From: Phoronis australis
Lineage: Eukaryota; Animalia; Phoronida
Assembly: GCA_002633005.1 (NCBI GenBank)
Contig: NMRA01000559.1
Span: forward strand, 1 to 64,000
Length of the DNA: 64,000 bases
Direction of reading: 5' to 3'
Part shown: piece after piece, positions 51,772-64,000 of the stretch
Position numbering within the stretch: the first letter of the stretch is position 1
Layout: every line of letters starts with the position of its first letter
Made by a program: the position numbers and the translations under genes
The notes under the pieces: model-generated
What the model was told of the DNA's origin: nothing
What the model saw: the letters and a program-made list of their open reading frames with translations, nothing else
The model's database searches: none

Positions 51772-54492
51772 ACATTGCTTTAGACACAAATGTATTTGGA
51801 ACATGGGACTGGCGACCTTTTGGTACAGAATAGTCCACAAGGACTGTATGCTAAATTTTTAAGCTTTAAAAATTATTAAAATAGTTATTTCCTATAACCT
51901 ACTTTTCAATTGTTGTAGTTAGATGGTATATTAGGAAGTTTGTACATTTTATGGGTTATGCCGTAAGCTAACAGATGCCCTGTGAACATTGGAGAATATT
52001 GGCTTCAGTTGATTGTCCTCACGGGTTGAAGAGGATAAGACAGGTGGGTTTGTAAGCTGGAAGTCGCCATCCATAGCCATTCAGATGCTGTTTCCAGGTG
52101 AGCCAACAGAACTGGCGCAACCGATGAGAAAGTGTCTTTAAACCAGATTACTAAAAGAATGTATCTTCCTAGGGCGTATAATTTGATGTGTATATTCCTA
52201 GCTTTTCTGTAGAAGTAAATAACATAAACATTAATGAAAGGTTGTTTAATTTTTATTGCCAATACTCAACAATAGTTCAGAGAGCAGAGGTAGCACACAC
52301 ATTACTGCAGCAGTTTCGGGGGAGAACAGGATATCTAAAAGTTGCACTTCGCCCTGTTTAGCTAAAACTAAAATCGAATAAGGCCTTTTACTCTCACAAA
52401 CCAGGCTTCACAATATTCCTCAAAGTGACAGGATTCTGTTTCCAGTAGCAACTCAAGTTACTGGCAATGCGAGCCCGCGACAGTTGATAATTCGCAAGTT
52501 TAGGGTTGCCGGACCTCAATAAACACTGAAGCATTTACTCCAGTAGCTGATAGTTTCTATGGAAATGGAAACAAAATCCTATCACGTAAGGAATATCATA
52601 AGAGTCAAGGATTTTTGTTTTTAGCCCGCTAAACAGGGTGATATGCAGCTGTAATTTGCCACTGTGTTCCAGGTGGATAGCATTTTCCCCGAGGACAATA
52701 GTCATAGAACATATACTTTGATGGCGCAGCTCAGCTGAAATCAAAATAAAACATCAGTCAAACCCAACTGAAAATCTAAACTGCAGGGCATTGCTTTTTA
52801 CTGCTGGTCATTTCTCCGTCAATGACGGCGAGGCAGCAGGCAGAACAGCTATGTTGGTTGTCTATTGAAATTGCTGCGACAATACAGCACCAAATCTGTG
52901 GTCTTGATATCTCCTAGGAAACCGCTCAGCCACTATCATCTCCACGTTTTGCCTTCGAAAACCAATCACTTGCAATAATTTCTGTTGCCTAGTTACCGCA
53001 ATAGGCACCAATGAACAGCTCCACAGAGACAATGTTTGGGACAAGACTGCAGTGACACTGAGACAGGAACATATGCAGACATTTTTATTAATTTTTGATC
53101 ACTCATAACTTGGCTGTATAGATCTTTTCTTACCCTTCCACCACAGCAAGTAATGAAAACTACTTCTAAAGCAAATGTCCAACAGGGCTGCAAATACCGC
53201 TAAAATATCCAGAATTACCGCCGCCAGTCTCAGAGAGGTGTTAAAGACATCTCGTTGGCTCACGTGAAGCCACGAATTGCGTGTAACTGTGATGTAAACC
53301 ATAATCTATCGAAGTTGGCGACTCGGGATACGGCACTATTTTCAGAATGCTCTTTTGTTGCCAGGTCTACAGGAAGAACTTCCGACGACTAGTTTCCATT
53401 TGGTGACGCTAGAAAACAACAAAAACCTGGTTAGGGCTGTTCCAGTAAAATCCGTGTGGGGGGGGGGGAGACGGCAGTAGAAATAAAAATTCCTGGGTGG
53501 TGGTCTTCAGAAAAAACCTCAAATTATGGGTGGTCGTTCCTTTGAGAAGTGATGCATTAAAGATGGGTGGTATTTTTGACCTGTTAATGTTGACAGGTTG
53601 ATTACTTCAGCCGTCAAAACGCAAATGCAATTGGCATATATCCTAACTTATCCCAATACAAAAAAGCCCATATTGCCAGTGGACAGAGTGCAATATATTC
53701 ACTAAGCCATTAATCAAGTCATGGGCAACATGATTTGAGCCAACTCTTTGTCTGCAGTCCTATTGAATTGAAAAGTTATGCAACACTAAACTGGTGTTAA
53801 CACATATAAGAAAATTGATGATTTTTAAATAAAAAGTATGAGGAGTAAAATAAACAACTTCCAATATTCACTTGACATAGAAGTGTAAAGGAATTCGTGG
53901 AGACAGTTTGAGATTCATAGATCCTTATAATTGAAAAAATGTTCATTGAAATTATATAAACATGGTGAACAGAGACACCTGGTGGCTGCCAAAAGTATTG
54001 CTCACAGGCTACTTTAGTTTTTGACAATATTGGACAAGACAACTAGTTCTTGTCTGTCAATCATCGAAGTTCTTAACAGGTCCTCCTGGAGTCAATTTGT
54101 TTGCAAGTGTTGGATTTTATATTTTAACCTATTAAAAATAATTAAAAAATCATGGGTCAGGGGTTGGAGAAATAAATGAAAAATATGGGTGGTGGGTACA
54201 AAATAAAAGTGCCTTCCCCCCTCACACAGATTTTGCTGGAACCGCCCTTAGTTAGAAATAACACTGCCACGATCTCATGGATTACACACTTTACTAGCAT
54301 CACACTTCAGAGGCCCCCTCTGTAGTTCAAAACACTCGTGTGCAAAAACTAGTGAGATCACGTGCTTTGCTTGTAATACATGTTGACATCTCATGAAGAC
54401 TTGGTATTACCTGGCCACACACGTAAGATACGCAGTTCAGTTTTACCACAAAGCCACACAATTCTTATTTCAAACTTTTCATTACATTTTAA
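50989..54492 (+). repeat. Segmental duplicate of 1-2791 (contains an extra 814-bp MITE)
   Basis: Colinear similarity with the start of the window. Confidence 0.92.
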
Positions 54493-57400
54493 TGATTAAA
54501 GGTCCATACTTCAGCAATAATGAGATTTCATTAAAATACCCAGCTTCCACCTTGAATAAATAATGCTTGCAGCAGTGCCTCAAGCAAGTCATTGAGTTGG
54601 ATATCATATCAACAGTGATGTGAGATAAACAAAACAGCTTGTGAAAAAGAATCACATTCACAAAAAATGGATCACATTCATGAAAAAAGTATCGCATTTG
54701 TGAAAAAAGAATGACATTCGTGAAAAAAGAATGAATGGTTCGTGAGGCTAATCTGCTAACTGACTGGTTTTAAGTAATTTGACGTTTGGGCATAAAACTT
54801 AAAATTATCCTCTCACATATCATTTTGGATAGTTCAACGTTGCATATTCACATCTGCCCTTATGTTTCTTTCATAAAATATTAAGTTGCACCCTGTCCCA
54901 CCTCAAGACACACACGCATTTAATGAGAATGAAGCAGACAATTTCAAATCACGACTGAAGGAAAAGTTCTCTGTGAGAATGGAGCAGCAGTGCATGACAC
55001 TCGACAAAAATTAATAACTTTTGGAAGTGATGGCTACATTATTCTACAATTTTTCGAACAAAAGGTCGGGGGTGTGGCAGAGAGCTATAAAGACACGAAA
55101 ACAGTCTCATTTGACTGACAAGTCGAGCATTAAACGGGGAAAATTTCAAGAGAATGCAACAAGTGCGGTCAGACTTAATCCAGTTCCTCAATGGAAATGA
55201 GAAAAAAATAGTACTCACTATTTTACACCAATCGTCCATGGGATAAAACATGTCCCTACATAACAAAGATGAAGGAAAAATGCGTTGCTAAGCAACAGAA
55301 GGTTCAAACACCATAGCTACCTTCTGTATCCACTCGTATTCGCCAAACTTGGTGTCAAAGGTTCCCTTCTGTAGCGACCTCAGCTTCAGTGTGAACCGTG
55401 GACCGAGTTCCTGAAGACCTGCCCTCTTATTGTTTCTAAACATGTAGCTGAAAGCGAAGGCACTTCATGATACAACAAGATTTAGTCACGAGATGAGATT
55501 ACAAAGTATTTATCAGTCGTCACTCCACAAAATCACTTACTTAGTGATGCAAACGAAACAATGGTCCTGCCTCTAGAAATACATGCATTCAGGTAGTCAT
55601 TTGGGACACTTTTGCAACTTATTATTTTAAGACATAATATTCTTTGTAAAATAACATAAGCAAAAAATTTTCAAGATTGTGTGCAAAGATTAAACCATGG
55701 GCTTAGATGCTCGAGGCATTGTGGCCCAGTGGGTTGAGTGTCTATTTCCTGCTCACAAGTTCATAGTTTCAAATCCCATTGGATCCCACTGCTTGACCCT
55801 TGACCCTTCAGTGAAGTCTTTAGCTCCTCAGCTCAGTTTTAATTTGTGTATATGTCAATGTGTTACATGTGTGTATTAACAACTGAGTAGATGACGCAGT
55901 GCCACCTATTGTTCACATGGTTGTAGTTTCAAATCTCACTGGATCCCACTGCTAGACCCTTCAGAAAAGTCTCTAGCTCCTCAGCTCAGTCTTATTTTGC
56001 GCATGTCTGTATGTGTTACATATGTATATGTACATTATTCTGGATCCACATCAGGTGCTACGTAAGCGACTTGAACTCAGACACGAAATTCAACCAACCG
56101 CACTGCATGATTCTAGTACAGATTAGCTAGTTTACTCAAAGCGTGACAGGAAATATTGGTGAGTTGGGTTTCGAGTACAGAGATTAGGACCCAGGCCCTG
56201 AGTAAAAACCGTAACAGCAAACTATACCCAGGTGAGGTTGTAAAAGGTAAATGGTGTGTTGCTCATACAAAATACTACAATTTTAACAGTTTGAAGTTAA
56301 GAACTGGAACTGGTTTAGATAGACTTGAGAAGATTACAGCATGATCAAATTTCTAACAGCACGATTGTAATGTGCATTAAGAGTTAGTGTGGTTAGGACA
56401 GTGTACATTTTGTTAAAACATCACATGATCAAGACCACCTCATATCATGTGACTTAAAAGTAGTGCAGGATTTTTTCTAACTTCAGCAGTCCTGTGATGC
56501 AATTGGCTGCGAGGCCACTTTGATAAAAAAAACATCGATAGATACAAAAAAGAACTTCCCTAAATGTGACGCAGCGAGGACCTTGTGGGCAGGATTCATT
56601 TCTATAAACAGCGAGGTGAAGATTTCAAACATGGGTCAGGTGGAGACCAGAACTAATTATGTTACTTTTTGCCCTTACGTTACCTGCGAATTTTCAAAGC
56701 AGCAACGTCCAAATTGTTAATACATTTTGATTTAGTCCATTTGCTATTAGAAAATTGGTCTCAAAATGTCCATTGCTGGAACTAAAGCGCATTATGGACT
56801 TGGGAGGAATTAACAGAACAAAACTCCTCATGTATAGGTTAAAAGAGTTTGTTTGACCAAACAGTTCTTTCACGAATTGAGCATGACCTCAAGAAATAGC
56901 GACCTGCCAGTTATCAACAACCCCACAAATAATTTCTAATTGAAGCAAAGAAAATTTGATATCAATTTTATAAATAACGTCTCTAATTACCATTCAATTT
57001 TTCATAGACAATGAGTTCATAGCTGCTTAAATATTCCTAAAATACAAGGCACTTGGTTTTTTGAATAAACTTAACAAAAACTGAACGCTGCGTAAACTTC
57101 CAGGGTGCAGGCCCTTACCGGTGATGGCGGAAGAATATGAAATCTCGCTGGTTGTGGAACGTGATCACCCGTCGACCTTGGAAGTTGGGATCGTGCGGAA
57201 ACATAGAGGCTAGTAGTCTCCCAATGCTGTGACCAAGCCTGGTGTTGAAGTTGTTAAGGATGACTTCTGGCATATGACTCGTCATTTCACCACATTTCTG
57301 TAGATAAGAATGTAGTCGAATAAAACACTCCACAAATATTTTGTCCAGCAGGAGGTGTCCAGACGGCTGATGAATCGCTGCCAGCTTCCGTCTTCACTGC

Positions 57401-60400
57401 TGGCTATGTGTGTAATATTCCAAGGTTACAAAAGTCCAAGGCAATACCCTAATCCATTATACACACAACAGTGAACGATCAAACCGATTGCTGTTTATAC
57501 AGCCATCCTTGAAGTACCCCACTGTCATCTGCTCGCTGAGCCATGTGTCCCTCTGGTGCCGTCCTCGTTGGGTGCCTTGCTGCCCCTTGCCATCATCCAG
57601 AGGTCCGGATTGGTTCAACAAAATATTTTTGTGCCCAGAGTGGATCGCATTGAAAGTTGATCCAACAGGCGATATAGTGCCTGTGCTCGAGGACTGCAGA
57701 ACCGTAATTGATATTTGATACAAACATGCTTACATATAATAAACTGTATCAAAATGTACAGCAAGTCTCATCTATGGATATGGGTGCAAGGTATTCCTTG
57801 TTTTCGTTGTGAACTATGTCAGTCATTTCTGTGCAGACCTTTTGCATTGAAGAAATTCTTACAAATGAAATGGTTATGGATAAGAAGATGAATTGTGACA
57901 GCAATTTGAAAACTCAGTCCATCCACTCTAAAATTCTTCAATTTGGGACAAAAATGGAAGAGCTGAAATTTTTAGAGGTTTACTGCACTGCTACACACAC
58001 TCAAACTTTTACCAAATCTTAATCAGCAACAGCTGTGTGGTATAAACAACAAAGTCTCTTAATATTTGTTTTTGTTCAGAGATTTGAAAAATAAAATCCC
58101 CCTTTTCAGCCATGTTGTGCCTTATACTGACGAGTTTTTACTGCACTTACTTTTATCTCTTTAGGCAACTTGACATTCGATAGTTTGAAAGTTGCTGTTG
58201 GACCATCAGGCAAGTGTGAGATGACCACCCCATCTGCAGGTGAGGAAAGAAAACAGAACCTGTTATGTAGCATACAACACACTTTCGTTTTGGTCATCTG
58301 ATGAGAATTATTCATCAACCATTGTGTACAACCAGACTACATCCAAGAATTTCACCGTTTTATTGTAAACTGGGTGCTTCATGAGATAGCTGAAAATTCT
58401 CAATTTTCCAAAGAAGTAGAAACACTATAAATGCGAGAAGAAGCTAAACAGCAAAACTAAAACTGGCTTTGAAAATCCCGTTGCATTTTTAGCAACCCTC
58501 ACGCAAGCAAGTAATTGAGACCAGTGTTACGACAGTAAAAGCAAAATTCAAATGATAAGTAAGTTTCTTTTACAGGAGGCAGGCTCATAGAAGCTTCAAC
58601 TAAAAATGAATGCCAAAAAAAGACCACTCACTTGGTATTGCTTGGTCTTCGTTGACTACTACGATGTCAGTGTAACCCTTAGCTTTACACTGAGGTATGA
58701 TTTTTTTAAGGTCCAGTCCGCGTCTATAGTAGTAGTCAGCGTTTGGAATGACCCGCTTCAGCTCACGACAGAAATACTTGGTTCTCTGGAAATGAATTAG
58801 ATTACCAAATGACCCAGAAGTACAAAGGAACAGTTATTACAATTACCGCTGAAATTGGAGTCTTCCTTATTTTCAAAGGCACATTACATTGCAGTGCATG
58901 CTGAAATTTCTATCCAATGTTTACTTACTAACGACTGTATGATCTAAAACAATCATGTTCACAACAAAGCAAAACTTCCTTAATACCGGTTTCACTTTTG
59001 TCGACAAAATTACACATCATCACCAAAGTCCGTCCTAAATGGAATGTTTTTTCTTATTCAGCACCAGTAGTCTTCCTGCGAAAACAAGACTTTGGAAGGT
59101 ACCTACACTATTCTTAACCTTACAGAATCCTAAAATATCAGACAGTTGCTTTATTTGTCAGCGCTATTCGGCATTACTTAGTCCACTAGAGATACACAAT
59201 CCTACAACTGTACAAGCCGACCCAGACATGTCGCTACTGGGATGTGGGTTCTCTATGGCTAGCGACTTTGTTTCGTTACAGCCATCCAAAAGAATATGTC
59301 TCTGGGAAATGACAAAGATCCAATACACGTAGTGACGTACAAAAAATAATTGTCACGTGGCAGTGGGGCAACATTTAATGGCAGGTTGAGAGGGGGTACA
59401 TCTACAGAGCAGATCGTCTGGATTTTGGAATGAGGAGAAATGCTGAATGCAGTCAAAAAATCTGTTAGTCTTTTTATGCAAATTCCCAATAGCAGATAGG
59501 GGGCAATTGGTTTCAGCAAATAATGCTACAACTTACACTTTTAGGTCTGTCACAGGTTGTTATTAGTATCTTTGGAGTTGTCTCCCTGTTGAAGTATGTT
59601 GACATTTCATCCTGTGCCTCGTCTTGTAAAACCTGGACACAAACAAAGCAAAGTCATGAAAAACCTCGTTTAATCACTTACCGTTGTTAAATGATAAGAA
59701 ATCATCGTGAATTATAATCAGCTGATGATAAACCTTGCTTGAAAAATTATATCTACCATTAATATAAATTCAACCATTAAATATGAATTCATAGAAATCA
59801 GCGTAACACATGTAACCAATGAGAAAGAATTATTAGTCATCTTTCGTGCAATTTGCTGGTCACATGACCACAGCATGTGACCTGTAGTTAAGTTGAAAAA
59901 CGTCTGTGTCCTGACCGGGACACAACGTGTTGTTTAAATGCTCCATGTTACATTAAACAGTCAATCACTACCTATACCAAAGACGCTTTTGCACCTAAGA
60001 TAGAGACAGTTTAATTATTAATTATACACTTCCGGAAATGGTCAGATATAACGTGCCCGAATTTTGAGAACCAGTTTTCTCTACTGAATAACAGGCATCA
60101 AACTGGTTCTCAAAATCCAGGACTCTTGAAAGACTGTTGCCTTTCTCATTGCAAACAATCTTTGGAGCCAGACATGAGGTGTAAACTAAACATTGATATG
60201 AGTTACATCAACTAGATTTCTATGCTGTAATTGTCAGGAATGTGTATTGGCATGGCACATGGAAACCCATTTGTTGATCAGCAAACATTATAGGCCCTTT
60301 CATATTGACTTAACTCCGGTATGAGCGGAGCATCGATGTAAACAGTGCAGTTAGCTGGACTATTCATACTGGCTTCGGTAGTTAATGACCATCGAAGTAA

Positions 60401-62403
60401 ACGGTAGGTGATGCTGTCGTCATTGAAGTTATCGCAACGTAGCGCTACATGCTAAGATTTTTTTCGATGTGACAATTTGGGAACATTTAGATGTTCTAAT
60501 TGACATTAAACTTATGTTTAAATCGATTGGTTATTATTAGAGCAAAATATAAGCCGCTATTAGTGACAGCACTACCCCGTAACTATTGACGATAACATTG
60601 GCATGCACCTGGCAATAACTTTGATTGTTAACCGTTCATACTGCACAGCAGCATCGACGCTGCACTGTTAAATCCACCTGTTAACTGCGATGTTAAGTGG
60701 AGCTGCTAACTGCGATGCAGGACCAAGTTAAGCATTCATACTGACCGCAACTCCCTTAACCATCGACGCGTTGACATTAGTATGAAAGGTCCTTCTAACA
60801 TATCAGGGTACTCAATGCTCCAAATATCAGCCCCATTCCCCTATGAAAATTGATTAAAAATCACGACAGTCCCCTCATCAGGCCTAAAAATTCCCTTCCA
60901 AATTACTCTCAGTGTTAGAATCAATTTTGAAAACCATCAGTTGTGGCAACTGGACACGTTACCAATGAGGAGAGGTGACCGGGGCAGTAGTTTTTCTCCC
61001 AATGAAAAAATTCCCCTTTCAGAAGGCACAGGCATCTTTCCCCTCAGGCAAGCGACGACCCTGACTAAGGGGCAGCAACAGCCCTACAACAATACCCAGC
61101 AGTGTACAAAGTAACTACCTCTTCATCATCGGCAGGCACCATTGTCTCATCTGGTATTCTCATACTGTCAATGGTCTTGGGGACTTTTTTAGGCGGAAGC
61201 TGGAAATGAAAAACTAAGAATAGATTTTGGTACATTTATAGCACGAACATCGCAATCAAAACACGACTTCAAATCTAGGGACTCTGTACAGAAGCCCTTT
61301 CAAGTTCACGCATATCCTTCTAGCGGTTGTTTTTTGTTCACTCAGAGAAAATGCATGACAGAATATCATAATATATCACATTCCACATTCTCAGACAATC
61401 TCAGAAACCGGTAAGTTATTGAAAATTTGCCTGCTTTCAAGGTTTCGTATCATTTCATTTCATCTGCGGCTCTTAGCACAGTACGACGAGGATCTGATAG
61501 AAATTAAAACCAGTATTAATTATGAAAATGAGTTTTATTTTAAATCAACCAGGATATCACAGAAACAACAAAAAAATTTTGTTTTCGAAATAATCAAGAA
61601 AGTCTAATTTTAACATTTTCCTGGGTTACTCAATCGTTTTTGATGTTACCTTTTTAGTAAAAAATAATGCAGATTCCTGGTTACCAAGGAAACGCATTGT
61701 CTGTGTTAACTGCCATTCCCCTGCCGTGTATTTACTATCCAGGGAACAATAGAAAGTGACGTTATCAGCCTGGAGAAAAGCCTGTATCCTGCTTCTGTAT
61801 TCACTTCCACAGAACAAACACGAATCTTGTGCACAACCTGAGTTCACAAGAGAGTAGGATATAACTTTCATTCAACATCAAAAAAAGATTGCTTTAACCT
61901 TCAAGACAGGAGAAAACGACAATACACAGGGCTCAGTGCTTAGCATGATGTCAACTCACTAAATACAACCTGGCAAGTTCCCAGATCGTCCAACGAGAAT
62001 TGAGGTCGCAAAACTTTGTTGGCAAGAGCAGAAAATTATACAAACGAGTTACCTGAAGTGAACAAAAGGTAAACTCAGCAAATGTAAGCCAGTTCACACT
62101 AAGATTTTAAGGAGAGCGGTTTTTTTCTTGTTCAAGCAGACAATCAGCGTGCTCGATGATGACCAATACCTCCCTTTCAGACTCAATATTTCGTGCACAG
62201 GCTCACCTACACGCAAACACGGGCTCTGTCAGTTTTTGCCAAACAAGTCCAATGAATGGGTGCTGAGATTGGTGAGGCAACCAGGGATTTTTACTAGGCT
62301 GCCACACAATAAGACGACGGGGATAAAACGAAACAACAGCACAACTCACTTCCTCTCCAGCTTCCTCAGCTTCTTTCCGTCTCTTCTTTTCCTTTAATTT
62401 CAC
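53367..62403 (-). CDS. RPF1: Ribosome production factor 1 (Brix domain), 3' eight exons; 5' exons not found in the window
   Basis: Exons 62403-62350, 61199-61119 ([20 protein letters not shown]), 59632-59537 ([19 protein letters not shown]), 58785-58632, 58233-58151 ([15 protein letters not shown]), 57297-57119 ([14 protein letters not shown]...[15 protein letters not shown]), 55447-55321 ([21 protein letters not shown]...EYEW), 53408-53367 ([13 protein letters not shown]). Phases are consistent. Confidence 0.95.
53434..54247. mobile_element. PIF/Harbinger-type (Tourist-like) MITE
   Basis: TIRs GGGCTGTTCCAGTAAAATCCGTGTG and rc GGGCGGTTCCAGCAAAATCTGTGTG (22/25 match); 3-bp TTA target duplication; empty site in the paralogous block near 2529. 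Confidence 0.88.
55715..56030 (+). mobile_element. Two tandem truncated tRNA-derived SINE copies in an RPF1 intron
   Basis: gtggcccagtgggttgag head; gtttcaaatc-ca-tggatcccactgct...tagctcctcagctcag occurs twice. Confidence 0.55.
60293..60792. mobile_element. Probable Harbinger-type MITE in an RPF1 intron
   Basis: Termini GGCCCTTTCATATTGA and TTAGTATGAAAGGTCC; internal ttcatactg and catcga repeats; target duplication unclear. Confidence 0.5.
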
Positions 62404-62635
62404 CTGAAACAAGAAAATATACTTGCCCAGCTTATTTTGTACAATATTCTTATTGATGTCATCTAGATGACATATTTCACTCAATGTGTGATAAATTTGT
62501 ACGAGTTATCCAAAATATACATTTTTATCTCCAACGTTAATGTTTTCCACAAAATCAGAATGTGCGCTAATTTTTGCCACAGAATGTTCCCAAACATAAC
62601 CGCATGAATCTGACGTTATCGCAAGATGACAATTA

Positions 62636-62979
62636 CCGTAATCGTTCGGGTTAACGCCCTGGGCGGTTAAATTGGCGAACCCAAAAAATCGGGGGTGGGC
62701 GGTTAACCAGACATGGCAGGGCTCGACGCTATTAANCAATGTTATCATCGATCTTAATCTAAAAGATCGGGGATTGGCGTTTCCTATTAGCACAGGGCGG
62801 TAATCTCCAATCGTCAAAAGTAGGGGATGGGCGCTTAACCGAGAGGTGGGCGCTTAATTGGAAATCTTCAAAAATAGCAGGGGGGCGGTTAACCGAGCAG
62901 TGGGCGGTTAAATCGAAAATCCACCTAAAGTAGGGGTGGGCGGTTAACTGAGCATGGGCGTTAACCCGAACGATTACGG
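62636..62979. mobile_element. Tc1/pogo-type MITE
   Basis: Perfect 24-bp TIR CCGTAATCGTTCGGGTTAACGCCC, TA target duplication, internal repeated GGGCGGTTAA. Confidence 0.85.
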
Positions 62980-64000
62980 TATTATAAATCTTTATGAAAT
63001 TTCCCATGCAAAGTATTTTTGCTATTTTCGGTGTTGTTCAACAATGAGTGTTGCTCCAAACCCACATTGCATTACATAAGACCACCTCAGGAAGTCAAAT
63101 GTAGCGAACAACACAAGGTTAAATACTATTTAAAGATTGTACATTGGTTACCAACTTCATCCACAATGATTATCTAATTCATCGCCACTGTTCAATGTTC
63201 ATAACCACTGTTCAATGCGCCTTAGGTATTTTCGTAAACTCAAAGTTACGAGTATGCCCCAAGGAGCAGTGGACAATCAGGACATCAGATCGAATTTTCG
63301 TCAACTAGAATTTCATGGCTGGGATTTAGTCTTTGCTCAAAATTGAAAATATCTTTGGGATTTTGTAATCTACATTTTTGCAAACTCAAGACATGTGTCT
63401 ACATTCTCTAGTAAATTATGGCTTACGTAGATGACTGTCTGTATAATCCAGGTTCGCGCTTGATGTACCCACTCTTACATCTGAGTTTGAGTCTGAACTC
63501 GAAATCTCTAGGGTTACTGGTCAGTGAACTACCTTTATATGTATGTGTATTACAGACAGTCCAATGCTAGACACTTAACTTGACACTAAGTCACATTTGG
63601 TGACTTGGGACTTTCACCAGGAGATATGATGTTATACTACCTGGCACAAGCAGTGTTGAAAGTGGCTAGTTGCCGATTTGGGCCACTGAATGAAGGACTG
63701 CTCAAAGAAAAATTTTGATTACCGCGGTAGTATTTGTTTGAGTTGGAAGGAATTAAAGAAATCGACGGCTTCCTAGTCCACAGGCGTCCTCAGCTTCTGA
63801 TCGTCCCCAACACACTATATAATACTACAAGGTTGACACTCCGTACTAGAAATTCTATGGGTGCTTCACTTCAGCCGTCTATAGCAAGCACAAAACTCAA
63901 TAAATTTACACAAAACAGAGGTTCAACAAACCATGAGGAATTGTTCTTTCTCCCTGTTTTGTGTAAATTTATCAAGTTTGTGTTTGTGAAGCACCCGTAG

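Overview
AT-rich (about 39% GC by eye), intron-rich animal genomic DNA, probably a bilaterian invertebrate (inference). Gene order from hand-built splicing: (1) the last two exons of a SABATH-family SAM-dependent methyltransferase, copy A (+, 1-803); (2) a divergent PIPOX/monomeric sarcosine oxidase-like flavoprotein gene (-, 4338-22878, 8 coding exons, exon 6 cut by a single-N assembly gap); (3) a nearly complete SABATH methyltransferase, copy B (+, 34446-51771, 8 exons, 378 aa, start exon not found); (4) the 3' part of RPF1 (-, 53367-62403). Bases 1-2791 duplicate 50989-54492 and carry a dead copy of the last RPF1 exon. This marks copy B as the ancestral position and suggests a ~51-kb tandem unit (oxidase + methyltransferase), a candidate animal metabolic gene cassette. 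Introns and spacers are full of TEs (Sola3, Harbinger and Tc1 MITEs, HINE-like elements with CTCF-like motif arrays, CR1/L2, Penelope, mariner, THAP remnants, SINEs) and satellites. All alignments were made by eye and no database searches were run.
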